A stretch of DNA of 64,000 bases. Origin: Eledone cirrhosa (Eukaryota). The notes beneath the pieces were generated by a model. It was given only the letters and a program-made list of their open reading frames with translations. It was not told where the DNA came from and searched no databases. The stretch spans positions 62,001-126,000 of the forward strand of contig CAXHJY010001125.1 in the NCBI GenBank assembly GCA_964016885.1, given 5' to 3'. Below are positions 30,409 to 46,042 of this stretch, one piece after another; position 1 is the stretch's first letter, and the number at the start of each line of letters is the position of its first letter. Made by a program: the position numbers and the translations under genes.

Positions 30409-33400
30409 CAGTCAGCAGCCGTACACATCACATCCTTACCTACACTAATCTCTAACAGTCAGCAGCCGTACACATCACATCCTTATCTACACTAATCTCT
30501 AACAGTCAGCAGCCGTACACATCACATCCTTACCTACACTAATCTCTAACAGTCAGCAGCCGTACACATCACATCCTTACCTACACTAATCTCTAACAGT
30601 CAGTAGCCGTACCCATCACAACCTTACCTACACTAATCTCTAACAGTCAACAGCCGTACCCATCACATCCTTACCTACACTAATCTCTAACAGTCAACAG
30701 CCGTACCCATCACATCCTTACCTACACTAATCTCTAACAGTCAACAGCCGTACCCATCACATCCTTACCTACACTAATCTCTAACAGTCAGCAGCCGTAC
30801 ACATCACATCCTTACCTACACTAATCTCTAACAGTCAACAGCCGTACCCATCACATCCTTACCTACACTAATCTCTAACAGTCAGCAGCCGTACACATCA
30901 CATCCTTACCTACACTAATCTCTAACAGTCAACAGCCGTACCCATCACATCCTTACCTACACTAATCTCTAACAGTCAACAGCCGTACCCATCACATCCT
31001 TACCTACACTAATCTCTAACAGTCAGCAGCCGTACACATCACAACCTTACCTACACTAATCTCTAACAGTCAGTAGCCGTACCCATCACATCCTTACCTA
31101 CACTAATCTCTAACAGTCAGCAGCCGTACACATCACATCCTTACCTACACTAATCTCTAACAGTCAGCAGCCGTACACATCACATCCTTACCTACACTAA
31201 TCTCTAACAGTCAACAGCCGTACCCATCACATCCTTACCTACACTAATCTCTAACAGTCAGCAGCCGTACCCATCACATCCTTACCTACACTAATCTCTA
31301 ACAGTCAACAGCCGTACCCATCACATCCTTACCTACACTAATCTCTAACAGCCAGTAGCCGTACCCATCACATCCTTACCTACACTAATCTCTAACAGTC
31401 AGCAGCCGTACACATCACATCCTTACCTACACTAATCTCTAACAGTCAACAGCCGTACCCATCACATCCTTACCTACACTAATCTCTAACAGCCAGTAGC
31501 CGTACCCATCACATCCTTACCTACACTAATCTCTAACAGTCAGCAGCCGTACCCATCACATCCTTACCTACACTAATCTCTAACAGTCAGCAGCCGTACA
31601 CATCACATCCTTACCTACACTAATCTCTAACAGTCAACAGCCGTACCCATCACATCCTTACCTACACTAATCTCTAACAGTCAGCAGCCGTACCCATCAC
31701 ATCCTTACCTACACTAATCTCTAACAGTCAGCAGCCGTACCCATCACATCCTTACCTACACTAATCTCTAACAGTCAGTAGCCGTACCCATCACATCCTT
31801 ACCTACACTAATCTCTAACAGTCAGCAGCCGTACCCATCACATCCTTACCTACACTAATCTCTAACAGTCAGCAGCCGTACCCATCACATCCTTACCTAC
31901 ACTAATCTCTAACAGTCAACAGCCGTACCCATCACATCCTTACCTACACTAATCTCTAACAGCCAGTAGCCGTACCCATCACATCCTTACCTACACTAAT
32001 CTCTAACAGTCAGCAGCCGTACCCATCACATCCTTACCTACACTAATCTCTAACAGTCAACAGCCGTACCCATCACATCCTTACCTACACTAATCTCTAA
32101 CAGCCAGTAGCCGTACCCATCACATCCTTACCTACACTAATCTCTAACAGTCAGCAGCCGTACACATCACATCCTTACCTACACTAATCTCTAACAGTCA
32201 ACAGCCGTACCCATCACATCCTTACCTACACTAATCTCTAACAGTCAGCAGCCGTACCCATCACATCCTTACCTACACTAATCTCTAACAGTCAGCAGCC
32301 GTACCCATCACATCCTTACCTACACTAATCTCTAACAGTCAGTAGCCGTACCCATCACATCCTTACCTACACTAATCTCTAACAGTCAGCAGCCGTACCC
32401 ATCACATCCTTACCTACACTAATCTCTAACAGTCAACAGCCGTACCCATCACATCCTTACCTACACTAATCTCTAACAGTCAGCAGCCGTACCCATCACA
32501 TCCTTACCTACACTAATCTCTAACAGTCAGCAGCCGTACACATCACATCCTTACCTACACTAATCTCTAACAGTCAACAGCCGTACCCATCACATCCTTA
32601 CCTACACTAATCTCTAACAGTCAGTAGCCGTACCCATCACATCCTTACCTACACTAATCTCTAACAGTCAGCAGCCGTACCCATCACATCCTTACCTACA
32701 CTAATCTCTAACAGCCAGCAGCCGTACACATCACATCCTTACCTACACTAATCTCTAACAGTCAACAGCCGTACCCATCACATCCTTACCTACACTAATC
32801 TCTAACAGCCAGTAGCCGTACCCATCACATCCTTACCTACACTAATCTCTAACAGTCAGCAGCCGTACCCATCACATCCTTACCTACACTAATCTCTAAC
32901 AGTCAACAGCCGTACCCATCACATCCTTACCTACACTAATCTCTAACAGTCAACAGCCGTACCCATCACATCCTTACCTACACTAATCTCTAACAGCCAG
33001 TAGCCGTACCCATCACATCCTTACCTACACTAATCTCTAACAGTCAGCAGCCGTACCCATCACATCCTTACCTACACTAATCTCTAACAGTCAACAGCCG
33101 TACCCATCACATCCTTACCTACACTAATCTCTAACAGTCAGCAGCCGTACCCATCACATCCTTACCTACACTAATCTCTAACAGCCAGTAGCCGTACCCA
33201 TCACATCCTTACCTACACTAATCTCTAACAGTCAGTAGCCGTACCCATCACATCCTTACCTACACTAATCTCTAACAGCCAGCAGCCGTACCCATCACAT
33301 CCTTACCTACACTAATCTCTAACAGTCAACAGCCGTACCCATCACATCCTTACCTACACTAATCTCTAACAGTCAGCAGCCGTACCCATCACATCCTTAC

Positions 33401-36400
33401 CTACACTAATCTCTAACAGTCAACAGCCGTACCCATCACATCCTTACCTACACTAATCTCTAACAGTCAGCAGCCGTACCCATCACATCCTTACCTACAC
33501 TAATCTCTAACAGCCAGTAGCCGTACCCATCACATCCTTACCTACACTAATCTCTAACAGTCAACAGCCGTACCCATCACATCCTTACCTACACTAATCT
33601 CTAACAGCCAGTAGCCGTACACATCACATCCTTACCTACACTAATCTCTAACAGTCAACAGCCGTACCCATCACATCCTTACCTACACTAATCTCTAACA
33701 GTCAGCAGCCGTACCCATCACATCCTTACCTACACTAATCTCTAACAGTCAACAGCCGTACCCATCACATCCTTACCTACACTAATCTCTAACAGCCAGT
33801 AGCCGTACCCATCACATCCTTACCTACACTAATCTCTAACAGCCAGTAGCCGTACCCATCACATCCTTACCTACACTAATCTCTAACAGTCAACAGCCGT
33901 ACCCATCACATCCTTACCTACACTAATCTCTAACAGTCAACAGCCGTACCCATCACATCCTTACCTACACTAATCTCTAACAGTCAGCAGCCGTACCCAT
34001 CACATCCTTACCTACACTAATCTCTAACAGCCAGTAGCCGTACCCATCACATCCTTACCTACACTAATCTCTAACAGCCAGTAGCCGTACCCATCACATC
34101 CTTACCTACACTAATCTCTAACAGCCAGTAGCCGTACCCATCACATCCTTACCTACACTAATCTCTAACAGCCAGTAGCCGTACCCATCACATCCTTACC
34201 TACACTAATCTCTAACAGCCAGTAGCCGTACACATCACATCCTTACCTACACTAATCTCTAACAGTCAGTAGCCGTACCCATCACATCCTTACCTACACT
34301 AATCTCTAACAGCCAGTAGCCGTACACATCACATCCTTACCTACACTAATCTCTAACAGCCAGTAGCCGTACACATCACATCCTTACCTACACTAATCTC
34401 TAACAGTCAACAGCCGTACCCATCACATCCTTACCTACACTAATCTCTAACAGCCAGTAGCCGTACACATCACATCCTTACCTACACTAATCTCTAACAG
34501 CCAGTAGCCGTACACATCACATCCTTACCTACACTAATCTCTAACAGTCAACAGCCGTACCCATCACATCCTTACCTACACTAATCTCTAACAGCCAGTA
34601 GCCGTACACATCACATCCTTACCTACACTAATCTCTAACAGTCAGTAGCCGTACCCATCACATCCTTACCTACACTAATCTCTAACAGTCAGTAGCCGTA
34701 CCCATCACATCCTTACCTACACTAATCTCTAACAGCCAGTAGCCGTACACATCACATCCTTACCTACACTAATCTCTAACAGTCAGTAGCCGTACCCATC
34801 ACATCCTTACCTACACTAATCTCTAACAGCCAGTAGCCGTACCCATCACATCCTTACCTACACTAATCTCTAACAGTCAACAGCCGTACCCATCACATCC
34901 TTACCTACACTAATCTCTAACAGCCAGTAGCCGTACCCATCACATCCTTACCTACACTAATCTCTAACAGCCAGTAGCCGTACACATCACATCCTTACCT
35001 ACACTAATCTCTAACAGTCAGTAGCCGTACCCATCACATCCTTACCTACACTAATCTCTAACAGCCAGTAGCCGTACCCATCACATCCTTACCTACACTA
35101 ATCTCTAACAGCCAGTAGCCGTACACATCACATCCTTACCTACACTAATCTCTAACAGCCAGTAGCCGTACACATCACATCCTTACCTACACTAATCTCT
35201 AACAGTCAACAGCCGTACCCATCACATCCTTACCTACACTAATCTCTAACAGCCAGTAGCCGTACCCATCACATCCTTACCTACACTAATCTCTAACAGC
35301 CAGTAGCCGTACACATCACATCCTTACCTACACTAATCTCTAACAGTCAGTAGCCGTACCCATCACATCCTTACCTACACTAATCTCTAACAGCCAGTAG
35401 CCGTACCCATCACATCCTTACCTACACTAATCTCTAACAGCCAGTAGCCGTACACATCACATCCTTACCTACACTAATCTCTAACAGTCAGCAGCCGTAC
35501 CCATCACATCCTTACCTACACTAATCTCTAACAGTCAACAGCCGTACCCATCACATCCTTACCTACACTAATCTCTAACAGCCAGTAGCCGTACCCATCA
35601 CATCCTTACCTACACTAATCTCTAACAGCCAGTAGCCGTACACATCACATCCTTACCTACACTAATCTCTAACAGTCAGTAGCCGTACCCATCACATCCT
35701 TACCTACACTAATCTCTAACAGTCAGTAGCCGTACCCATCACATCCTTACCTACACTAATCTCTAACAGCCAGCAGCCGTACCCATCACATCCTTACCTA
35801 CACTAATCTCTAACAGCCAGTAGCCGTACCCATCACATCCTTACCTACACTAATCTCTAACAGCCAGTAGCCGTACACATCACATCCTTACCTACACTAA
35901 TCTCTAACAGCCAGTAGCCGTACCCATCACATCCTTACCTACACTAATCTCTAACAGTCAGTAGCCGTACACATCACATCCTTACCTACACTAATCTCTA
36001 ACAGTCAGTAGCCGTACCCATCACATCCTTACCTACACTAATCTCTAACAGCCAGCAGCCGTACCCATCACATCCTTACCTACACTAATCTCTAACAGTC
36101 AGCAGCCGTACCCATCACATCCTTACCTACACTAATCTCTAACAGTCAACAGCCGTACCCATCACATCCTTACCTACACTAATCTCTAACAGTCAACAGC
36201 CGTACCCATCACATCCTTACCTACACTAATCTCTAACAGTCAGCAGCCGTTCCCATCACATCCTTACCTACACTAATCTCTAACAGTCAACAGCCGTACC
36301 CATCACATCCTTACCTACACTAATCTCTAACAGCCAGCAGCCGTACCCATCACATCCTTACCTACACTAATCTCTAACAGTCAACAGCCGTACCCATCAC

Positions 36401-39400
36401 ATCCTTACCTACACTAATCTCTAACAGTCAGCAGCCGTTCCCATCACATCCTTACCTACACTAATCTCTAACAGTCAACAGCCGTACCCATCACATCCTT
36501 ACCTACACTAATCTCTAACAGCCAGCAGCCGTACCCATCACATCCTTACCTACACTAATCTCTAACAGCCAACAGCCGTACCCATCACATCCTTACCTAC
36601 ACTAATCTCTAACAGTCAGTAGCCGTACCCATCACATCCTTACCTACACTAATCTCTAACAGCCAGCAGCCGTACCCATCACATCCTTACCTACACTAAT
36701 CTCTAACAGTCAGCAGCCGTACCCATCACATCCTTACCTACACTAATCTCTAACAGTCAACAGCCGTACCCATCACATCCTTACCTACACTAATCTCTAA
36801 CAGTCAGCAGCCGTTCCCATCACATCCTTACCTACACTAATCTCTAACAGTCAACAGCCGTACCCATCACATCCTTACCTACACTAATCTCTAACAGCCA
36901 GCAGCCGTACCCATCACATCCTTACCTACACTAATCTCTAACAGTCAGCAGCCGTACCCATCACATCCTTACCTACACTAATCTCTAACAGTCAACAGCC
37001 GTACCCATCACATCCTTACCTACACTAATCTCTAACAGCCAGCAGCCGTACCCATCACATCCTTACCTACACTAATCTCTAACAGTCAGTAGCCGTACCC
37101 ATCACATCCTTACCTACACTAATCTCTAACAGTCAACAGCCGTACCCATCACATCCTTACCTACACTAATCTCTAACAGTCAGTAGCCGTACCCATCACA
37201 TCCTTACCTACACTAATCTCTAACAGTCAACAGCCGTACCCATCACATCCTTACCTACACTAATCTCTAACAGTCAGTAGCCGTACCCATCACATCCTTA
37301 CCTACACTAATCTCTAACAGTCAACAGCCGTACCCATCACATCCTTACCTACACTAATCTCTAACAGTCAACAGCCGTACCCATCACATCCTTACCTACA
37401 CTAATCTCTAACAGTCAACAGCCGTACCCATCACATCCTTACCTACACTAATCTCTAACAGCCAGCAGCCGTACCCATCACATCCTTACCTACACTAATC
37501 TCTAACAGCCAGTAGCCGTACCCATCACATCCTTACCTACACTAATCTCTAACAGTCAACAGCCGTACCCATCACATCCTTACCTACACTAATCTCTAAC
37601 AGTCAACAGCCGTACCCATCACATCCTTACCTACACTAATCTCTAACAGTCAGCAGCCGTTCCCATCACATCCTTACCTACACTAATCTCTAACAGTCAA
37701 CAGCCGTACCCATCACATCCTTACCTACACTAATCTCTAACAGCCAGCAGCCGTACCCATCACATCCTTACCTACACTAATCTCTAACAGCCAGTAGCCG
37801 TACCCATCACATCCTTACCTACACTAATCTCTAACAGTCAACAGCCGTACCCATCACATCCTTACCTACACTAATCTCTAACAGTCAGTAGCCGTACCCA
37901 TCACATCCTTACCTACACTAATCTCTAACAGTCAACAGCCGTACCCATCACATCCTTACCTACACTAATCTCTAACAGCCAGCAGCCGTACCCATCACAT
38001 CCTTACCTACACTAATCTCTAACAGCCAGTAGCCGTACCCATCACATCCTTACCTACACTAATCTCTAACAGTCAACAGCCGTACCCATCACATCCTTAC
38101 CTACACTAATCTCTAACAGTCAACAGCCGTACACATCACATCCTTACCTACACTAATCTCTAACAGTCAGCAGCCGTTCCCATCACATCCTTACCTACAC
38201 TAATCTCTAACAGTCAGCAGCCGTACCCATCACATCCTTACCTACACTAATCTCTAACAGCCAGTAGCCGTACCCATCACATCCTTACCTACACTAATCT
38301 CTAACAGCCAGTAGCCGTACCCATCACATCCTTACCTACACTAATCTCTAACAGCCAGTAGCCGTACCCATCACATCCTTACCTACACTAATCTCTAACA
38401 GTCAACAGCCGTACACATCACATCCTTACCTACACTAATCTCTAACAGTCAGCAGCCGTTCCCATCACATCCTTACCTACACTAATCTCTAACAGTCAGC
38501 AGCCGTACCCATCACATCCTTACCTACACTAATCTCTAACAGCCAGTAGCCGTACCCATCACATCCTTACCTACACTAATCTCTAACAGCCAGTAGCCGT
38601 ACCCATCACATCCTTACCTACACTAATCTCTAACAGTCAGTAGCCGTACACATCACATCCTTACCTACACTAATCTCTAACAGCCAGTAGCCGTACCCAT
38701 CACATCCTTACCTACACTAATCTCTAACAGTCAACAGCCGTACCCATCACATCCTTACCTACACTAATCTCTAACAGTCAACAGCCGTACACATCACATC
38801 CTTACCTACACTAATCTCTAACAGCCAGTAGCCGTACCCATCACATCCTTACCTACACTAATCTCTAACAGTCAGTAGCCGTACACATCACATCCTTACC
38901 TACACTAATCTCTAACAGCCAGTAGCCGTACCCATCACATCCTTACCTACACTAATCTCTAACAGTCAACAGCCGTACCCATCACATCCTTACCTACACT
39001 AATCTCTAACAGCCAGTAGCCGTACCCATCACATCCTTACCTACACTAATCTCTAACAGTCAACAGCCGTACCCATCACATCCTTACCTACACTAATCTC
39101 TAACAGTCAACAGCCGTACACATCACATCCTTACCTACACTAATCTCTAACAGCCAGCAGCCGTACCCATCACATCCTTACCTACACTAATCTCTAACAG
39201 TCAACAGCCGTACCCATCACATCCTTACCTACACTAATCTCTAACAGCCAGTAGCCGTACCCATCACATCCTTACCTACACTAATCTCTAACAGTCAGCA
39301 GCCGTACCCATCACATCCTTACCTACACTAATCTCTAACAGTCAGTAGCCGTACCCATCACATCCTTACCTACACTAATCTCTAACAGTCAACAGCCGTA

Positions 39401-42158
39401 CACATCACATCCTTACCTACACTAATCTCTAACAGCCAGCAGCCGTACCCATCACATCCTTACCTACACTAATCTCTAACAGTCAACAGCCGTACCCATC
39501 ACATCCTTACCTACACTAATCTCTAACAGCCAGTAGCCGTACCCATCACATCCTTACCTACACTAATCTCTAACAGTCAGCAGCCGTACCCATCACATCC
39601 TTACCTACACTAATCTCTAACAGTCAGCAGCCGTACCCATCACATCCTTACCTACACTAATCTCTAACAGCCAGCAGCCGTACCCATCACATCCTTACCT
39701 ACACTAATCTCTAACAGCCAGTAGCCGTACCCATCACATCCTTACCTACACTAATCTCTAACAGTCAGCAGCCGTACCCATCACATCCTTACCTACACTA
39801 ATCTCTAACAGTCAGCAGCCGTACCCATCACATCCTTACCTACACTAATCTCTAACAGTCAGCAGCCGTACCCATCACATCCTTACCTACACTAATCTCT
39901 AACAGTCAACAGCCGTACCCATCACATCCTTACCTACACTAATCTCTAACAGTCAGCAGCCGTACCCATCACATCCTTACCTACACTAATCTCTAACAGC
40001 CAGTAGCCGTACCCATCACAACCTTACCTACACTAATCTCTAACAGTCAACAGCCGTACCCATCACATCCTTACCTACACTAATCTCTAACAGTCAACAG
40101 CCGTACACATCACATCCTTACCTACACTAATCTCTAACAGCCAGTAGCCGTACCCATCACAACCTTACCTACACTAATCTCTAACAGTCAACAGCCGTAC
40201 CCATCACATCCTTACCTACACTAATCTCTAACAGTCAGCAGCCGTACCCATCACATCCTTACCTACACTAATCTCTAACAGTCAGCAGCCGTACCCATCA
40301 CATCCTTACCTACACTAATCTCTAACAGTCAGCAGCCGTTCCCATCACATCCTTACCTACACTAATCTCTAACAGTCAACAGCCGTACCCATCACATCCT
40401 TACCTACACTAATCTCTAACAGTCAGCAGCCGTACCCATCACATCCTTACCTACACTAATCTCTAACAGTCAGCAGCCGTTCCCATCACATCCTTACCTA
40501 CACTAATCTCTAACAGTCAGCAGCCGTACCCATCACATCCTTACCTACACTAATCTCTAACAGTCAGCAGCCGTTCCCATCACATCCTTACCTACACTAA
40601 TCTCTAACAGTCAGCAGCCGTACCCATCACATCCTTACCTACACTAATCTCTAACAGTCAGCAGCCGTTCCCATCACATCCTTACCTACACTAATCTCTA
40701 ACAGTCAGCAGCCGTTCCCATCACATCCTTACCTACACTAATCTCTAACAGTCAACAGCCGTACCCATCACATCCTTACCTACACTAATCTCTAACAGTC
40801 AGCAGCCGTACCCATCACATCCTTACCTACACTAATCTCTAACAGTCAGCAGCCGTACCCATCACATCCTTACCTACACTAATCTCTAACAGTCAGTAGC
40901 CGTACCCATCACATCCTTACCTACACTAATCTCTAACAGCCAGTAGCCGTACACATCACATCCTTACCTACACTAATCTCTAACAGTCAGCAGCCGTACC
41001 CATCACATCCTTACCTACACTAATCTCTAACAGTCAGCAGCCGTACACATCACATCCTTACCTACACTAATCTCTAACAGTCAGCAGCCGTACACATCAC
41101 ATCCTTACCTACACTAATCTCTAACAGCCAGTAGCCGTACCCATCACATCCTTACCTACACTAATCTCTAACAGTCAGTAGCCGTACACATCACATCCTT
41201 ACCTACACTAATCTCTAACAGTCAGCAGCCGTACACATCACATCCTTACCTACACTAATCTCTAACAGTCAGTAGCCGTACACATCACATCCTTACCTAC
41301 ACTAATCTCTAACAGTCAGTAGCCGTACACATCACATCCTTACCTACACTAATCTCTAACAGTCAGTAGCCGTACACATCACATCCTTACCTACACTAAT
41401 CTCTAACAGTCAGTAGCCGTACACATCACATCCTTACCTACACTAATCTCTAACAGTCAGTAGCCGTACACATCACATCCTTACCTACACTAATCTCTAA
41501 CAGTCAGTAGCCGTACACATCACATCCTTACCTACACTAATCTCTAACAGTCAACAGCCGTACACATCACATCCTTACCTACACTAATCTCTAACAGTCA
41601 GTAGCCGTACACATCACATCCTTACCTACACTAATCTCTAACAGTCAGCAGCCGTACCCATCACATCCTTACCTACACTAATCTCTAACAGTCAGTAGCC
41701 GTACACATCACATCCTTACCTACACTAATCTCTAACAGTCAGTAGCCGTACACATCACATCCTTACCTACACTAATCTCTAACAGTCAGCAGCCGTACAC
41801 ATCACATCCTTACCTACACTAATCTCTAACAGTCAGCAGCCGTACACATCACATCCTTACCTACACTAATCTCTAACAGTCAACAGCCGTACACATCACA
41901 TCCTTACCTACACTAATCTCTAACAGTCAACAGCCGTACACATCACAACCTTACCTACACTAATCTCTAACAGCCAGTAGCCGTACACATCACATCCTTA
42001 CCTACACTAATCTCTAACAGCCAGTAGCCGTACACATCACATCCTTACCTACACTAATCTCTAACAGCCAGTAGCCGTACACATCACAACCTTACCTACA
42101 CTAATCTCTAACAGTCAGCAGCCGTACACATCACAACCTTACCTACACTAATCTCTAA
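30409..42158. repeat. 47-bp satellite, 250 units
   Basis: Unit CAG(T/C)CA(GC/GT/AC)AGCCGTAC(A/C)CATCACATCCTTACCTACACTAATCTCTAA; 11,750 bp = 250 x 47; phase preserved at 30421, 33241, 36061, 38881 and 41701. Confidence 0.98.
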
Positions 42159-42175
42159 TTACTATTTTTCCCGTT

Positions 42176-42362
42176 GGTGGTTTGGCAGTATCGGTAGAGG
42201 GTCAGCCACACTGCTTTGCAGCATAGTTACGGCCCTTTATGGTCTGAGTTCAAATCCCGCCGAGGTTAACTTTACCTTTCATCCTTACGGGGTCGATAAA
42301 ATAAAGTACCAGTAATGCACTCGGGTAATCGCTGGCCTTGTGCCAAAAATAGAAACAACTAT
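42176..42362 (+). mobile_element. tRNA-derived SINE
   Basis: A and B boxes, core and tail match the family. Confidence 0.9.
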
Positions 42363-42953
42363 TCTTAACGTTTATCTTAACTGAGTGTGAATATTTAGGG
42401 CACCCCATAGAAAGAATGTTTCGCAATGTTCATTCGAACTCCCAGCTTTCTGAGTTCAAACCTTGCGAAGGGAGATGTTGATCTTCCTTCAAATACGACA
42501 ACAACAACAACAACACCCACAACAACAATCTTTATCATCCACTTTAATCTAATTGCTCTTTATAATTGGTTTCCTTCCTCTAGTGGTGGTGATGGTGGTG
42601 GCGTAGTTGTTTTCTGTTATTGTTTGTGCTCCTGCTTGTTGTTGTTGGGGAGGGGGGTTGCTAGGTTTCACATTGTTGCAGCACCAGATTTTTTCTCTCC
42701 TTAATCTGCCCCTCTTCCACCACCCTTCTCTTCCTATCCCCATCTCACCCCTCTCTCCCCCTCTCCTCTTCCTTCCCCCTTTCACTCCCTCTTTCTTCCC
42801 TTCTCCCTCTCAATTCCTTCACCTTCTCTCTCTTCCCTTTTGTCCCCCCCATCCCCTCTTTCTCCCTCTCCCCCACCGCACTCTATCCAGTTACTTACGT
42901 CATTCTCCAGACTCCCATCTCAGACATTCCATGGTTAAAGAAAGGGGAAAACA

Positions 42954-43128
<175 letters not shown>

Positions 43129-43169
43129 TATATATATAATTCTGTACGTATATTTATACAATTATGAAC

Positions 43170-43200
<31 letters not shown>

Positions 43201-43205
<5 letters not shown>

Positions 43206-43390
43206 GTTTCTACTTTAGGCACAAGGCCAGCAATTACCCAGTGCATTACTGGTACTTTATTTTATCGACCCCCGTAAGGATGAAAGGCAAAGTCAACCTC
43301 GGCGGGATTTGAACTCAGATCGTAAAGGGACGTAACTATGCTGGAAAGCATGGCGTCCGACCCTCTACCGATACTGCCAATCCACCGCCC
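43201..43390 (-). mobile_element. Full-length tRNA-derived SINE
   Basis: Reverse complement of the family consensus. Confidence 0.9.
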
Positions 43391-43424
43391 TATAAATGGA
43401 AACTATATTTATAAAACCATATTT

Positions 43425-43488
43425 ATTTTATTATACATATTTCAAGGGCAACCAAGGCAAATTATGGTGCGCTTTCATCAGATAAAAT
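43425..43488 (-). ncRNA. Type I minimal hammerhead ribozyme (family A)
   Basis: attttat-CTGATGA-AAGCGCACCA-loop-TGGTTGCCCTT-GAAA-TATGTATA-ataaaat; flanks homologous to 12064-12200. Confidence 0.7.
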
Positions 43489-43888
43489 ACAGATTTGTTT
43501 TATAAATAAATATTGACATACCCGGAAAAAAAGACAACCTTAACGGTTGGAGCTTCCACCCCACCACACGACCACTGCCACCACCACCACCGCCACACCG
43601 CCACCACCACCGCCACAACACCACCACCACACCGCCAGCACACCGCCACCACCACCACACCGCCACCACCGCCACAACACCACCGCCACCACCACACCGC
43701 CACCAGCGCCACCACCGCCACCACAACACCACCACCGCACCCCCGCCACCACCCCCACCACCCCGCCACCCCAGTCCTACATAGAACCCTCTGTGTTGCT
43801 ATCAACAACAACATCTAGAGTATCAGTAAAGAACATCAAGCGGCTGCCACACCCAGCCATGTCTATAGAGGGATGTGTGAGCGTGTGG

Positions 43889-43949
<61 letters not shown>

Positions 43950-44278
43950 TACATATATATATATGTACATATATATACATGCATGTGTACATCTGTGCGT
44001 AAAAGTGTACGTGTGTTAATGAATGTTTCTGTGGGTATGTATATGTATGTATGTATGTATATATATATATATATATGTGTATGTATGTATGTATATGTAT
44101 ATATGTATGCATATATATATATATGTATGCATATATATATATATGTATGTATGTATGTATGCATATATATATATATGTATGTATGTATATATATGTATAT
44201 ATGTATGCATATATATATATGTATGTATGTATGTATGTATATATATGTATATATGTATGCATATATATATATGTATGC

Positions 44279-44309
<31 letters not shown>

Positions 44310-44343
44310 TATATGTATATATGTATGCATATATATATGTATG

Positions 44344-44435
<92 letters not shown>

Positions 44436-44481
44436 TATATGTATGTATATATATATATATGTATGTATATATATATATATG

Positions 44482-44513
<32 letters not shown>

Positions 44514-44565
44514 TGTATGTATATATATGTATGAATATATATATATGTATGTATATATATATATG

Positions 44566-44654
<89 letters not shown>

Positions 44655-44670
44655 GTATAAATATACATAT

Positions 44671-45397
44671 ATGCTGGTTTCACCATTCGTGTCTCAGAAA
44701 GATGCTCGGTATCAAGTGGCAGATGCACGTGAGTGATGTTGAGGTCCTTGATAGAAGTGAGTGTCGGAGTATTGAGAGTATCATCGACCAACGGCGATGG
44801 ACCGGACACCTCTGCAGAATGGAGGGCGATCGAATCCCAAAACAACTTTTGTATGGCGAGCTTTGTAAAGGTAAGGGGCCACCTCACAAGCCAAAGCACC
44901 GATTCAAAGATCGTGTAAAGGACTCATTGAAAAAAAAACTGATTTGATGGTGGCTGACTGGGAGATAGAAGCCCTTGAAAGAGAAACTTGGCGTGGAATG
45001 GTGAATAATGGGGTCCATAATTTTGAGGACAGATGCATAGAGCACGAGAAGATCAAACGGGTTGTGCATAAGCAATGCCCTGGTGTATCTCTCCAAATGA
45101 TTGGTGTCTCCATTGAATTGGTTGGTCCTGAGTATGGAAAGATTTGCTTGAACAAATCTGGTCCCAGGAGCCAGAGTCACAGCCATGTTCAGAGAGAACC
45201 AGTGAACTATGATCTCGACGGTATTGTGAAGGTTCACAGATAACCTGATGCAAGACTTGAGGCCAGGGAGATCCATAGTTGTTGTCAATGTGTGAAGGAG
45301 TGCAAGTCTCTTGCAGGCTTGAAAAGCCATATCCGAGGGTCACACATCTGAGTCTGACAAGCGATTGTAATACTCTTAGCAGAGTTTGCAGCCATCG
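44671..45397 (+). mobile_element. 3' end of an RTE (BovB-like) LINE
   Basis: [42 protein letters not shown]; terminal C2H2 relic CQCVKECKSLAGLKSHIRGSH; flanked by (TA)/(TATG) tracts. Confidence 0.9.
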
Positions 45398-45650
45398 TGT
45401 ATGTATGTATGTATATATGTATGTATGTATGTGTGTGTATGTGTGTATGTGTGTATGTGTGTATGTGTGTATGTGTGTATGTATGTATGTATGTATGTAT
45501 GTATATATGTATGTATGTATGTGTGTATATGTGTGTGTATGTGTGTATGTATGTACTTAGGGTAGTAGAGTGGGTAATAGGAAAAGACCCATCGAACCCA
45601 TGCAAGTATGGAGAAGCGGACGTAAAATGATATATATATAATATATATAT

Positions 45651-45684
<34 letters not shown>

Positions 45685-45705
45685 CTAGGGCGGGTAAAAT
45701 TCCCG

Positions 45706-45758
<53 letters not shown>

Positions 45759-46042
45759 ATGGTACGAACTCAATACAGATACGTACAAAATATGCAAACA
45801 CAGGCACAGAGAGAGGGGCGCAGAGAGACAGAGAGTAACAGAAAGAGGGAAAGAAACAGAAAGAGAGAGAGGGGAGAGAGCAACAGAAAGAGGTAGAGAG
45901 AAAGAGAGAGAGAGGGAGAGAGAGGGAGAGAGAGACAGGCCGACATATAAGTTCTAGGTTCAGAACATCTGTAAGGGATTGCCTTCCAAAAATATCTTTT
46001 GTAATCTAATCGACTAGATGTGAAAACTTTTAAAACTTCTAG

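Noticed and set aside
30434-30455. Telomere-like hexamers (CACTAA, CTCTAA) in the satellite unit
   Set aside because: No exact CCCTAA and no 6-bp periodicity; too weak to call telomeric.
30409-42158. CRISPR array or coding repeat
   Set aside because: Head-to-tail units with no unique spacers, no cas genes and no ORF; eukaryotic context.
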